A DNA stretch of 64,000 bases from a virus: positions 32,001-96,000 of IMG/VR virus record IMGVR_UViG_3300044646_002092; one strand, written 5' to 3'. Made by a program: the position numbers and the translations under genes. Below, piece by piece: positions 45,629-53,354 of the stretch (the stretch's first letter is position 1; the number at the start of each line of letters is the position of its first letter). The notes below the pieces were generated by a model. It was given only the letters and a program-made list of their open reading frames with translations. It ran no database searches and was not told the DNA's origin.

Positions 45629-46090
45629 TTACTGAATATAACATAAAAATAATCCGAGTGAGTCTGCGGCATGATTCTCGTCTTTTGTGAATACTTTACT
45701 GGGAAACACTTTTTGTACAGCAGCTATAACATCCTCCTTCTCGCTTTTTCCAGAGCCAGTTACAATTTTTTTCATCTCGGTCGGTGTGTAACTTTTTTCT
45801 ATTAAGTCCCGCTTTTTAGCTAAACACCGCATTATGCCAATAACTTGATTCAACTTAGCCCCTACCTGCCCTTTCATAATAGGCTCTTCGTAAACAAACA
45901 CGCTTGGACTATATTTATTCAGTAGTTGCTCAAAGTGCAACGAGTACTCAACAAGTTTGTCTGTAAAGCCTTTACTCTTTGTAATTATGTTTTCACAATA
46001 GAGTAAATCTAATTGCCCTTTATCGTTAAAGTCAACTATACTAAATCCGCCAGTCGCGTATCCTACATCCCAACTCAGCACTCTTGTCAT
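45629..46090 (-). CDS. ruvC: RuvC Holliday junction resolvase
   Basis: SWDVGY, VYEEP, YTPTEMKKIVTGSGKSEKEDV, HAADS. Confidence 0.9.
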   Translation of the reverse strand: MTRVLSWDVGYATGGFSIVDFNDKGQLDLLYCENIITKSKGFTDKLVEYSLHFEQLLNKYSPSVFVYEEPIMKGQVGAKLNQVIGIMRCLAKKRDLIEKSYTPTEMKKIVTGSGKSEKEDVIAAVQKVFPSKVFTKDENHAADSLGLFLCYIQ

Positions 46091-46124
46091 AATAGTAAAA
46101 TATAAATAATAACAAGCCTAACAC

Positions 46125-47030
46125 ATGACACTATCGCTCGATTATATAGCCACAAACTCACTTCCCTGCCGTAGTTATCTGGACTTCACTAATGTTGCAT
46201 ACACCTCTATAGTTGGAGCAACCTTCACTCAATTAAACCTCACTGGCAACACAGATTACGATTTTATCTCTACAGGTCTATCTAATCATCCAACAAGGGG
46301 CGACTTTGGCATCCAATTTACTTCTGCCCAGAAACTATCTCCTCGCGTGTCAGGTATCATTTCAGGTGCTTCTAGTTATTCTTTACTCGTTGTGTCGAGA
46401 AATTCAGACAACTCGTTACTAAAAATAGGCAAAACCAACCCAAATCTACCGAAACTGCTAGAAATTGACTATACAGCCACTAACTTTGCACAGAATTACT
46501 CACGACTGAACGTTGCTGACCGAGAATTAACACTTGGCGACCTCGAAACTACACAAGTTTGCCTACTTTCACATGATGTTGTTACTGGAGTGACCAACAC
46601 ATCGATAAATTTGACTGATTTTCAACAAAATACCAAACTTGATGCTGGATATATGTTGCCAAACTTGTCCTCATTTGTTTTAGGCGAAGGATTTGGCGGG
46701 GAACTACTTAATTTCTTACTTTTTGTGCCAGCTATTGAAAATATACATCTTTTGGAGCTTGGGCGACGGGTATCAGATTATATCCCGCAATCAGAACTAA
46801 AATTTGACAAATTGCTACTGACAACTGAGAGCAAACTAGAACTGGCAACCACATTCTTTTCTGCACCCCGAATCATGTACAATCTACCGCTAAAAATAAA
46901 AAACCTAGAGACAAACTCTAAGCTATTATTTAGTAGTAATTTAATAGTTATTGCAAGCTATTTATGGGACAACCTTAGTGGTGCTAATTGGGATGCAACC
47001 TCTGAGGCGTTATGGGACTCAATGGGCTAA
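46125..47030 (+). CDS. putative virion structural protein
   Basis: 301 aa; C-terminal WDNL...WDAT...WD repeat. Confidence 0.5.
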   Translation: MTLSLDYIATNSLPCRSYLDFTNVAYTSIVGATFTQLNLTGNTDYDFISTGLSNHPTRGDFGIQFTSAQKLSPRVSGIISGASSYSLLVVSRNSDNSLLKIGKTNPNLPKLLEIDYTATNFAQNYSRLNVADRELTLGDLETTQVCLLSHDVVTGVTNTSINLTDFQQNTKLDAGYMLPNLSSFVLGEGFGGELLNFLLFVPAIENIHLLELGRRVSDYIPQSELKFDKLLLTTESKLELATTFFSAPRIMYNLPLKIKNLETNSKLLFSSNLIVIASYLWDNLSGANWDATSEALWDSMG

Positions 47031-47705
47031 CTAATATACGAACCCGTTGTAACGTCGCACTTTGAAGTTGGCAAAGGGGGAGGTATTCATAGAAGTATTT
47101 GCAGACTTCATTGGTTTGGCTCCACGACCAAACCTATTATCTAAAGGAAGTACGCCATCTGCTTCTGCTCTACTTAGGTCAGTAATTCCATTTTGCTCGT
47201 AATTTTGTTTCGCATTTTTTCTTGTCTTATTAACAAAATCTTGAGTTGCATCTTCTGCTGGTACTGCAACTGGTTTAGCCGCAGGTAACTGAGCTTGCTG
47301 TTTAGGTGCGTTAGGTGTAAATGGCTGATTGTTAATCGGTGTCTGAGTTACATTTGTAGCGGAAGCATTAGTAGTAGCTGGCAACATAGCCTGATTACCG
47401 ACTTGCCCTGCTTTACGTGCTTGCCAAGCATTCTTTAGTCTAGAACCGCCATAACCCGCAGCACCACCTAAAGCAGCACCACCACCGACTTGACCAGCAA
47501 GATTACCAATCGATTTGTCATCGCTACCAAGATAGTTAATTGCACCGACTCCTGCGCCGATACCAGCACCAAGTTTAGCGGCTCCTCCAGATGTAGAGAG
47601 CGCTTTACCAGCTTTAGTGCCAAGTTGCCCTGCCAATCCTGCCCAATCGACAGCAAAATTGGCGTATTTAGGATTTGTTGCTAATGCGTATGCGGAAATT
47701 CTCAT
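47031..47705 (-). CDS. glycine-zipper protein with two FANF-like tags
   Basis: KYANFA near the N-terminus, PFANFK near the C-terminus; GAGIGAGVG and GGAALGGAAGYGG. Confidence 0.6.
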   Translation of the reverse strand: MRISAYALATNPKYANFAVDWAGLAGQLGTKAGKALSTSGGAAKLGAGIGAGVGAINYLGSDDKSIGNLAGQVGGGAALGGAAGYGGSRLKNAWQARKAGQVGNQAMLPATTNASATNVTQTPINNQPFTPNAPKQQAQLPAAKPVAVPAEDATQDFVNKTRKNAKQNYEQNGITDLSRAEADGVLPLDNRFGRGAKPMKSANTSMNTSPFANFKVRRYNGFVY

Positions 47706-47724
47706 AATTGTTTGTACTATATTT

Positions 47725-48093
47725 TTAATTAAATGAATTTGCTAAGTCAAATATTTCTTTAGTATCTAGTCCCAAATTAGTTGCCAAAGCTAAAACAAGG
47801 GGATAATCCTCACGAATATTCGTAGCATATTCCCATTCTATCTGTGCTGCTCTACCTAGTTGAGATAGTGCCGCCTCTATGTCATCTAGTAACTCCATTT
47901 GTAGTAAAGCTAGCCTTAATTGCCTTGCATCTATTTCTCTAATAGCTACGGACAATGGCTCGGCAGGCAATGGCACATTGCCATCAGCTAGCCATTGCTC
48001 ATATGCTTGCCAATCGCCATTAGGAGCATTAGGAATTACCGCGCCATCGGATAGGCGGATAATTTGGTCAGGATTTGAGGTGAGTTGGTACAT
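47725..48093 (-). CDS. tail fibre assembly chaperone-like protein
   Basis: [11 protein letters not shown]...[15 protein letters not shown]; [10 protein letters not shown]. Confidence 0.65.
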   Translation of the reverse strand: MYQLTSNPDQIIRLSDGAVIPNAPNGDWQAYEQWLADGNVPLPAEPLSVAIREIDARQLRLALLQMELLDDIEAALSQLGRAAQIEWEYATNIREDYPLVLALATNLGLDTKEIFDLANSFN

Positions 48094-48099
48094 ATATGC

Positions 48100-48378
48100 T
48101 TAGGAGATATGGGCGGAGCAAGACGCAGAAACAGTCCAAGAAGTGTTGGTAAAGTTTGTACCTGTCACAGGGACAGAGAACCCTTCTGAGGTAACTTGAG
48201 GAGTCACAAATGAGGTGACATTGGAAGCATTTGTATAGGTTGGCGCAATCACAGGAATTAGCTTGTATCGCTTTTCTCGATAAACTCTAGCTGACATAAC
48301 TTCACAAGGATTACCTCCCAATAAAGCGTTTAATGTATTATCTGCCGCTATTGCTATATTGAATAAATACTTTTTCAT
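48100..48378 (-). CDS. chimeric-looking small protein
   Basis: YLFNIAIAADNTLNALLGGNPCEVMSARVYR N-terminus followed by a T/S-rich fibre-like tail. Confidence 0.4.
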   Translation of the reverse strand: MKKYLFNIAIAADNTLNALLGGNPCEVMSARVYREKRYKLIPVIAPTYTNASNVTSFVTPQVTSEGFSVPVTGTNFTNTSWTVSASCSAHIS

Positions 48379-48382
48379 AGCC

Positions 48383-48922
48383 TTATGGTAAATGCACCAA
48401 ATTAGAAAAGTTTAGAGAATCTGTTAAACTATTCCACAACGTTTTCTCTTCATTAGTGAATCTATAATCAGATGTACCAATTAGTAGTTGAAAAGAAGCA
48501 TAAACAGCACTTTCATTTTTAGTAACAGTAACAGCTTGGTCAAGTTTACCAGAAGCTACGGCAATATTATTAGCATTAATAATTTGAGCTAAAGTAGAAT
48601 CGGGGGCAGCAAAACTAGCAGCAGTTAATCTTATATAGATATCATATAAAGCACCGCCTAAGATAAGGTTTTGCAAGGCAGCCCAATCAGCTACAAGGAT
48701 AACAGGGCTAGGCTCTATAGGTTCAGAACCTTTCCCTTGCTCATACCACGCTGCAAGGTTTTGTAAGTCAGCCCATTGCAACCATTCAGCATCAGTAAGT
48801 AATTCACCAGTGCGTTGATTGTGTGCTGTTCTTATTTGAGCTAGCCCTTGTTGTAGTTGGGCTTGAGTATAAGTAATACCATTTACTTCTTGAGTGTCTT
48901 CAATCTTGATAATAAATTCCAT
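48383..48922 (-). CDS. hypothetical fibre-associated protein
   Basis: 179-aa ORF in the fibre operon. Confidence 0.55.
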   Translation of the reverse strand: MEFIIKIEDTQEVNGITYTQAQLQQGLAQIRTAHNQRTGELLTDAEWLQWADLQNLAAWYEQGKGSEPIEPSPVILVADWAALQNLILGGALYDIYIRLTAASFAAPDSTLAQIINANNIAVASGKLDQAVTVTKNESAVYASFQLLIGTSDYRFTNEEKTLWNSLTDSLNFSNLVHLP

Positions 48923-48931
48923 ATATACTCC

Positions 48932-49987
48932 TTAAAATGCCACTTCGGCACATTCAACAGTAGCCACCCATCTAATCGTCGTTTCTGCTTGCCCTGTGGC
49001 GGTGATTGTTAATCCCCCATTAGTTGTGTTAGCAGTTGCAGCGATTGCCCATCCTGAAGCCCCTGCATCCTGTCCTACTAGAGTCGTTGTGACTGTACCC
49101 ACCAAGGCTGTAGAAGCTGCGTTTGCACCTCTTTTGATTACACCTTTAAGTTCCCATCCACTGGTATTTTCGCCACCTGTTACATTAGCGATTACCAATA
49201 TATTGAATCGCATGGCGCTATTATTTTGGAGGAAAATTTGGTTGCCGCCGCCACTAGATAAAACAGTTGGAGTCGCTTCAGTAGTAGAAGCCCCAACAAT
49301 AAATATATTGTATTGAGATTTACCTTGCCCTGGTTCAAAAATCCGCGCCCCCATTGCAACTTGATGGGCTATCCTAGCCAAAGCACGACGTCCAAGTGCG
49401 ACAGAGGAAGTCGCAGAAGCTGAATTATCAGCCCCAGCCACAAAAACCCCAGCCCCAGAGGCAGTATTGACAACTCCAATTGCTGTCGACCAAGTCCCGC
49501 TTGCTATACAATCTTGTCCCGCCGCAAAAGAATGATTTCCACTTGCTGTATTATTCTGCCCCGCCGCAAAAGAATGATTTCCACTTGCTGTATTATTCTG
49601 CCCCGCCACAAAAGAATGATTTCCACTTGCTGTATTATTCTGCCCCGCCACAAAAGAATAATTTCCACTAGCAACCTGAGTCGCCGCAATCCTAATCCTC
49701 TGCAAATCAACAGCATATTGACCTCTAGCGTTGCCACCTGTAGCGGTGTTATCAGCGATTTGAGCTTGGATTGCACCAGTTCCAATAGGCGCAAGTATCA
49801 AATTCACATTGCCACTACTTGCCGCCGCGACAATTGGAACAATGACGGAACCTGTAACAGATAGAGCGTCAGTAGTTTTGTTGTAAGTTAAGCCAGCGTC
49901 AGCGCCAAAAGCGCCGCCATCATTGAACTGTACTTGTGTATTAGTACCAGCTACATTTACAGGTAGTGTGTAAATAGTTCCACTCAT
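48932..49987 (-). CDS. tail fibre/spike protein with YadA-head-like (Hep_Hag) 14-aa repeats
   Basis: SFVAGQNNTASGNH repeats. Confidence 0.7.
   Translation of the reverse strand: MSGTIYTLPVNVAGTNTQVQFNDGGAFGADAGLTYNKTTDALSVTGSVIVPIVAAASSGNVNLILAPIGTGAIQAQIADNTATGGNARGQYAVDLQRIRIAATQVASGNYSFVAGQNNTASGNHSFVAGQNNTASGNHSFAAGQNNTASGNHSFAAGQDCIASGTWSTAIGVVNTASGAGVFVAGADNSASATSSVALGRRALARIAHQVAMGARIFEPGQGKSQYNIFIVGASTTEATPTVLSSGGGNQIFLQNNSAMRFNILVIANVTGGENTSGWELKGVIKRGANAASTALVGTVTTTLVGQDAGASGWAIAATANTTNGGLTITATGQAETTIRWVATVECAEVAF
49518..49672. repeat. 42-bp coding tandem repeat, about 3.7 copies
   Basis: units start at 49518, 49560, 49602, 49644 and are nearly identical. Confidence 0.9.
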
Positions 49988-50718
49988 TACAAGTACCCCA
50001 CACTAGAAGTTTGGTCAGCAGCATCACCTAATGTTAAAGTTGTTTCTGTTGTACTAAAAGCCCATGACACACCAGTATTACAAGCACGACCAGATGCACC
50101 CCAAAAAGCAATGTCAAGTAATAGTGCTGAATTGGGGGCTATTGGGAATGACTCAATCGGCACATCATTATTAACGGGGGCTGCTGCTTTATTGTGGATT
50201 TGAAAAAATCTTACAGATGTACTTTTGTTATAGCAATACAGCTTATAAACTACACCTGCACCAGCCTTTAATACCGCTTGGTTAACTACACCGAGGTTTA
50301 CAGGAGAATTGGTGAAAGCAGGTATCGTTTTAATATCAATACTAGATAGGGCTGTGTTTCCAGTAGTTTGTAAAGCACTTGTACTAGCGCCTGTTGGCAG
50401 AGAAACCGTACCGCTAATATTGGTTACATCCCAAGAACCTGATTGAGTTACAGCTTGTGGACTTGCAAATACTACAGAATTACCATTACTTGCAATTACT
50501 ATTCGTTGGGTTTTTGCATCTACAACTCCAGCCCCATACTGAATTGAACTATTTGAAGTTATATCCGAGGAACTCTCACCATCAGCACCAATACCTAATA
50601 GTCCGTTGATTGTGAGAAGTCTATTTATTTGATTTTGCTCAAGCTTAGAGCCACGCACAGAATCTAAATAAGACTCCAGACCAGCTTTTTCTGCTTGTAA
50701 TTTATCTGTAAGCGCCAT
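49987..50718 (-). CDS. virion structural protein
   Basis: 243 aa, S/T/G-rich beta composition. Confidence 0.55.
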   Translation of the reverse strand: MALTDKLQAEKAGLESYLDSVRGSKLEQNQINRLLTINGLLGIGADGESSSDITSNSSIQYGAGVVDAKTQRIVIASNGNSVVFASPQAVTQSGSWDVTNISGTVSLPTGASTSALQTTGNTALSSIDIKTIPAFTNSPVNLGVVNQAVLKAGAGVVYKLYCYNKSTSVRFFQIHNKAAAPVNNDVPIESFPIAPNSALLLDIAFWGASGRACNTGVSWAFSTTETTLTLGDAADQTSSVGYL

Positions 50719-50758
50719 TCGCCTATCACTTTTTTAATTTATATACTACAATACTATC

Positions 50759-52204
50759 ATGGCAATTAAAATAGGCTATTCAATTTCTGACGTTTCGGCA
50801 ATCAAGGCTCTTCCAACAGCTTTGCTTCTGAATGGCTATGCACGACTGTGTAGGTCAGTAAATGCTTGGTTCAGCTATAATTCCACCTCTACGGCTACTG
50901 CTGATGATGTATCGATACTTTTACCAGCTTCAGGTACAGGACGATGGCTGAAGCTTAAAGCCGATGTAGCGGCAACCGATGTACTTAATTTCAACGAGTC
51001 GGTAGACGACCGAGTTGCTTCTCTTATACAAAATAGTTCAACAATCAGTGCTAGTTATAATGACGCAGCCAATACACTTACTTTTTCTGTTGTTAACGCT
51101 AGTATCGGAGATGCACAGGTTAGCAGTCTTAGCCAAGCAAAAATAACCAATTTAACAAGCGACCTAGCAAGTAAACTTTCAGCAAATCAAAATATCACTA
51201 TATCTGGTGACGCAACGGGGAGTGGGGCAACAAGTATTACGCTAACGCTTGCTAATTCAGGGGTGACGGCAGGGAGCTATACAAATGCAAATATAGTTGT
51301 CGATAGTAAAGGGAGAGTGACAAGTGCGGCTAACGGCACTGAAGGTGGAGGTACGGGGTCAGTATTTACTACATCCACAAATGGTTTAGTACCTGCGTCT
51401 GGCACTAATACTACAAAATTTCTTAAAGGTGACGGTACTTGGGATAATCAAGCGGCTGGAGTTATAGTTGGCGACCCGTACTGGAGTAATGTTACTTTAT
51501 TATGTCCTTTTGAAGTAGATTTAAAAAATGTAATAACAAATACATTACCAACAACAGGAGGTACTCCACCAACTTGCCCAAATGGGGATAATCAAAAACC
51601 TTTAGGGGCTACTAATTCTGCGAAATGGACTAGCTCTGTGGATTCAAGCGTTAGGTTTCCTGCTAATTTTAACTTTGGAAGTGCTACGGTTGCTACATTT
51701 GAAACATATGTTTATATAACAGGATACATATCTGGTTATTTAGACATCCTTACTGGCGGAACTGCAATAGGTGGCTCTCCTGAATGTTTTTATTTTAGAT
51801 TTGAAGAGGCAACTAATAATTTTCAGGTAGTTTTATTTAATACGTCAAACATTTTTTTTGTAGGGACTATTCCAATAAATCTATCTACAAGTGGAAGATT
51901 TAATCAGTGGTTACATATAGCGATAACTAAAAATGGCAACACATATAATTTGTATATAAATGGAATATATATTGGAACTACAACTATAAGTACAAGTGGA
52001 ACTATTAGAACAGCTTTATTTTACAATATACTAGGACTTGGTTCCTCTCCTATTGGGTATTGTTCATACTTTAGAATTACAGAAGGTATAGCTAGATATT
52101 CTGGTACATCAAGTTTTACAATTCCTACACTACCTTATAAACGAGCCGATGTTATAGTAGGTAGTAGCAACTCAGGACTTTACGAATTTTTCAACTTAAT
52201 ATAA
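50759..52204 (+). CDS. tail fibre-like protein with a C-terminal LamG-like domain
   Basis: shared N-terminal GTGRW module; YTNANIVVDSKGRVTSA; WLHIAITK...LYING; FRITEGIARY. Confidence 0.7.
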   Translation: MAIKIGYSISDVSAIKALPTALLLNGYARLCRSVNAWFSYNSTSTATADDVSILLPASGTGRWLKLKADVAATDVLNFNESVDDRVASLIQNSSTISASYNDAANTLTFSVVNASIGDAQVSSLSQAKITNLTSDLASKLSANQNITISGDATGSGATSITLTLANSGVTAGSYTNANIVVDSKGRVTSAANGTEGGGTGSVFTTSTNGLVPASGTNTTKFLKGDGTWDNQAAGVIVGDPYWSNVTLLCPFEVDLKNVITNTLPTTGGTPPTCPNGDNQKPLGATNSAKWTSSVDSSVRFPANFNFGSATVATFETYVYITGYISGYLDILTGGTAIGGSPECFYFRFEEATNNFQVVLFNTSNIFFVGTIPINLSTSGRFNQWLHIAITKNGNTYNLYINGIYIGTTTISTSGTIRTALFYNILGLGSSPIGYCSYFRITEGIARYSGTSSFTIPTLPYKRADVIVGSSNSGLYEFFNLI

Positions 52205-52210
52205 ACAAAA

Positions 52211-52591
52211 ATGGCAGCATCACCAGCATATACAGCTACCCCAAGGACAGAAAGAGCTACAATATCTGTGGCTAATACTAATCGTGATGGTACAGGTACA
52301 ATTGTCAATCTTTTTACTGCTGGGGCTGGGGGTAGTAGAGTAGAAAGAATTACAATTTGTGCTACTGGAACAACTACTGCGGGAATGATTCGTTTTTTCT
52401 TATATGATGGTACAAATTTTGATTTGTGGAGAGAAGTATCTGTAACTGCAATTACACCAAGTGGAACAGTTATAGCTTATTATTTTCAAATATCTAATTT
52501 AGCGTTTATCCTTAGTTCTGGTAAAAGTTTAAGAGTAGCAACTAATAATGCTGAAACATTTAAAATAATAGCAGAAGGGGGTGATTTTTAA
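52211..52591 (+). CDS. small virion structural protein
   Basis: 126 aa, operonic with the fibre gene. Confidence 0.6.
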   Translation: MAASPAYTATPRTERATISVANTNRDGTGTIVNLFTAGAGGSRVERITICATGTTTAGMIRFFLYDGTNFDLWREVSVTAITPSGTVIAYYFQISNLAFILSSGKSLRVATNNAETFKIIAEGGDF

Positions 52592-53352
52592 TGAATTTTG
52601 GTACTTACGGATTTCCTAAAGGATTAGGTATAAATTCTGGTTTTTTTGGTTTACCATCTAGCTATAATATTTGGAATCCTTCAGTAATTTCTCCTGTGTT
52701 ATGGTTTGATAGTTCGGATATATCTTCTATAACGCAATCTTCAAATTTAATTACATCTTGGTCAAGTAAAGGTATAGTTTCTGTCAATGCAATTGCTACA
52801 GGAGGTCAATCTCCTTCTTATAATGTGTATCAGACAAATAGTAAAAATTTAGTTAGTTGTAGAGGTGTAGGGGTTGGTATGCAAACAGGATATACATTAT
52901 CAACTCCTTATTCTATAATTCTAGTAAGTAGAAATTATTCTATAGGTAGAGTAATTCAAAGCGGAACAATAAACGCTTTAATGTGTCCTTCTGCAAGAAG
53001 TAATTCTTTCTTTGTTTCTAGTAATGTAAGAGATGCTTCATTAACTACAGCAGGAACATTTTCTATTATAACAATGAAAATTTTGGGGGCTACGGCTTCA
53101 GAACTTTGGTATAATTCTGTTAATTATGCAAATGGTACTACTCATGGTAATTGGGGTACATTTAATATTGGTAACTTAGGATTTATTTCGAGTGAAGATT
53201 CTCAATCAGATATTGCTGAAATTATTGTATTAAACTATTCAATTTCGACTTATGATAGAGAAAAACTAGAGGGATATTTAGCTTGGAAATGGGGGCTTAT
53301 TGGAGATTTACCTACTAATCATCCTTATAAGTATTCACAACCAACAACATAA
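52591..53352 (+). CDS. fibre tip/lectin-like protein
   Basis: LWFDSSD...IAEIIVLN...REKLEGYLAWKWG. Confidence 0.6.
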   Translation: MNFGTYGFPKGLGINSGFFGLPSSYNIWNPSVISPVLWFDSSDISSITQSSNLITSWSSKGIVSVNAIATGGQSPSYNVYQTNSKNLVSCRGVGVGMQTGYTLSTPYSIILVSRNYSIGRVIQSGTINALMCPSARSNSFFVSSNVRDASLTTAGTFSIITMKILGATASELWYNSVNYANGTTHGNWGTFNIGNLGFISSEDSQSDIAEIIVLNYSISTYDREKLEGYLAWKWGLIGDLPTNHPYKYSQPTT

Positions 53353-53354
53353 AA

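Noticed and set aside
45576-46108. T4-type late promoters TATAAATA at 45576 and 46101
   Set aside because: Only two copies, in very AT-rich gaps, and not found upstream of most structural genes; could be chance.
49518-49672. CRISPR array
   Set aside because: The units are contiguous with no unique spacers, are a multiple of 3 long and encode a fibre repeat; there are no cas genes.
29882-52204. PatS-like RGSGR heterocyst-inhibitor mimic in GSGRW/GTGRW
   Set aside because: The leading Arg is missing and the motif sits in a fibre N-terminal domain.
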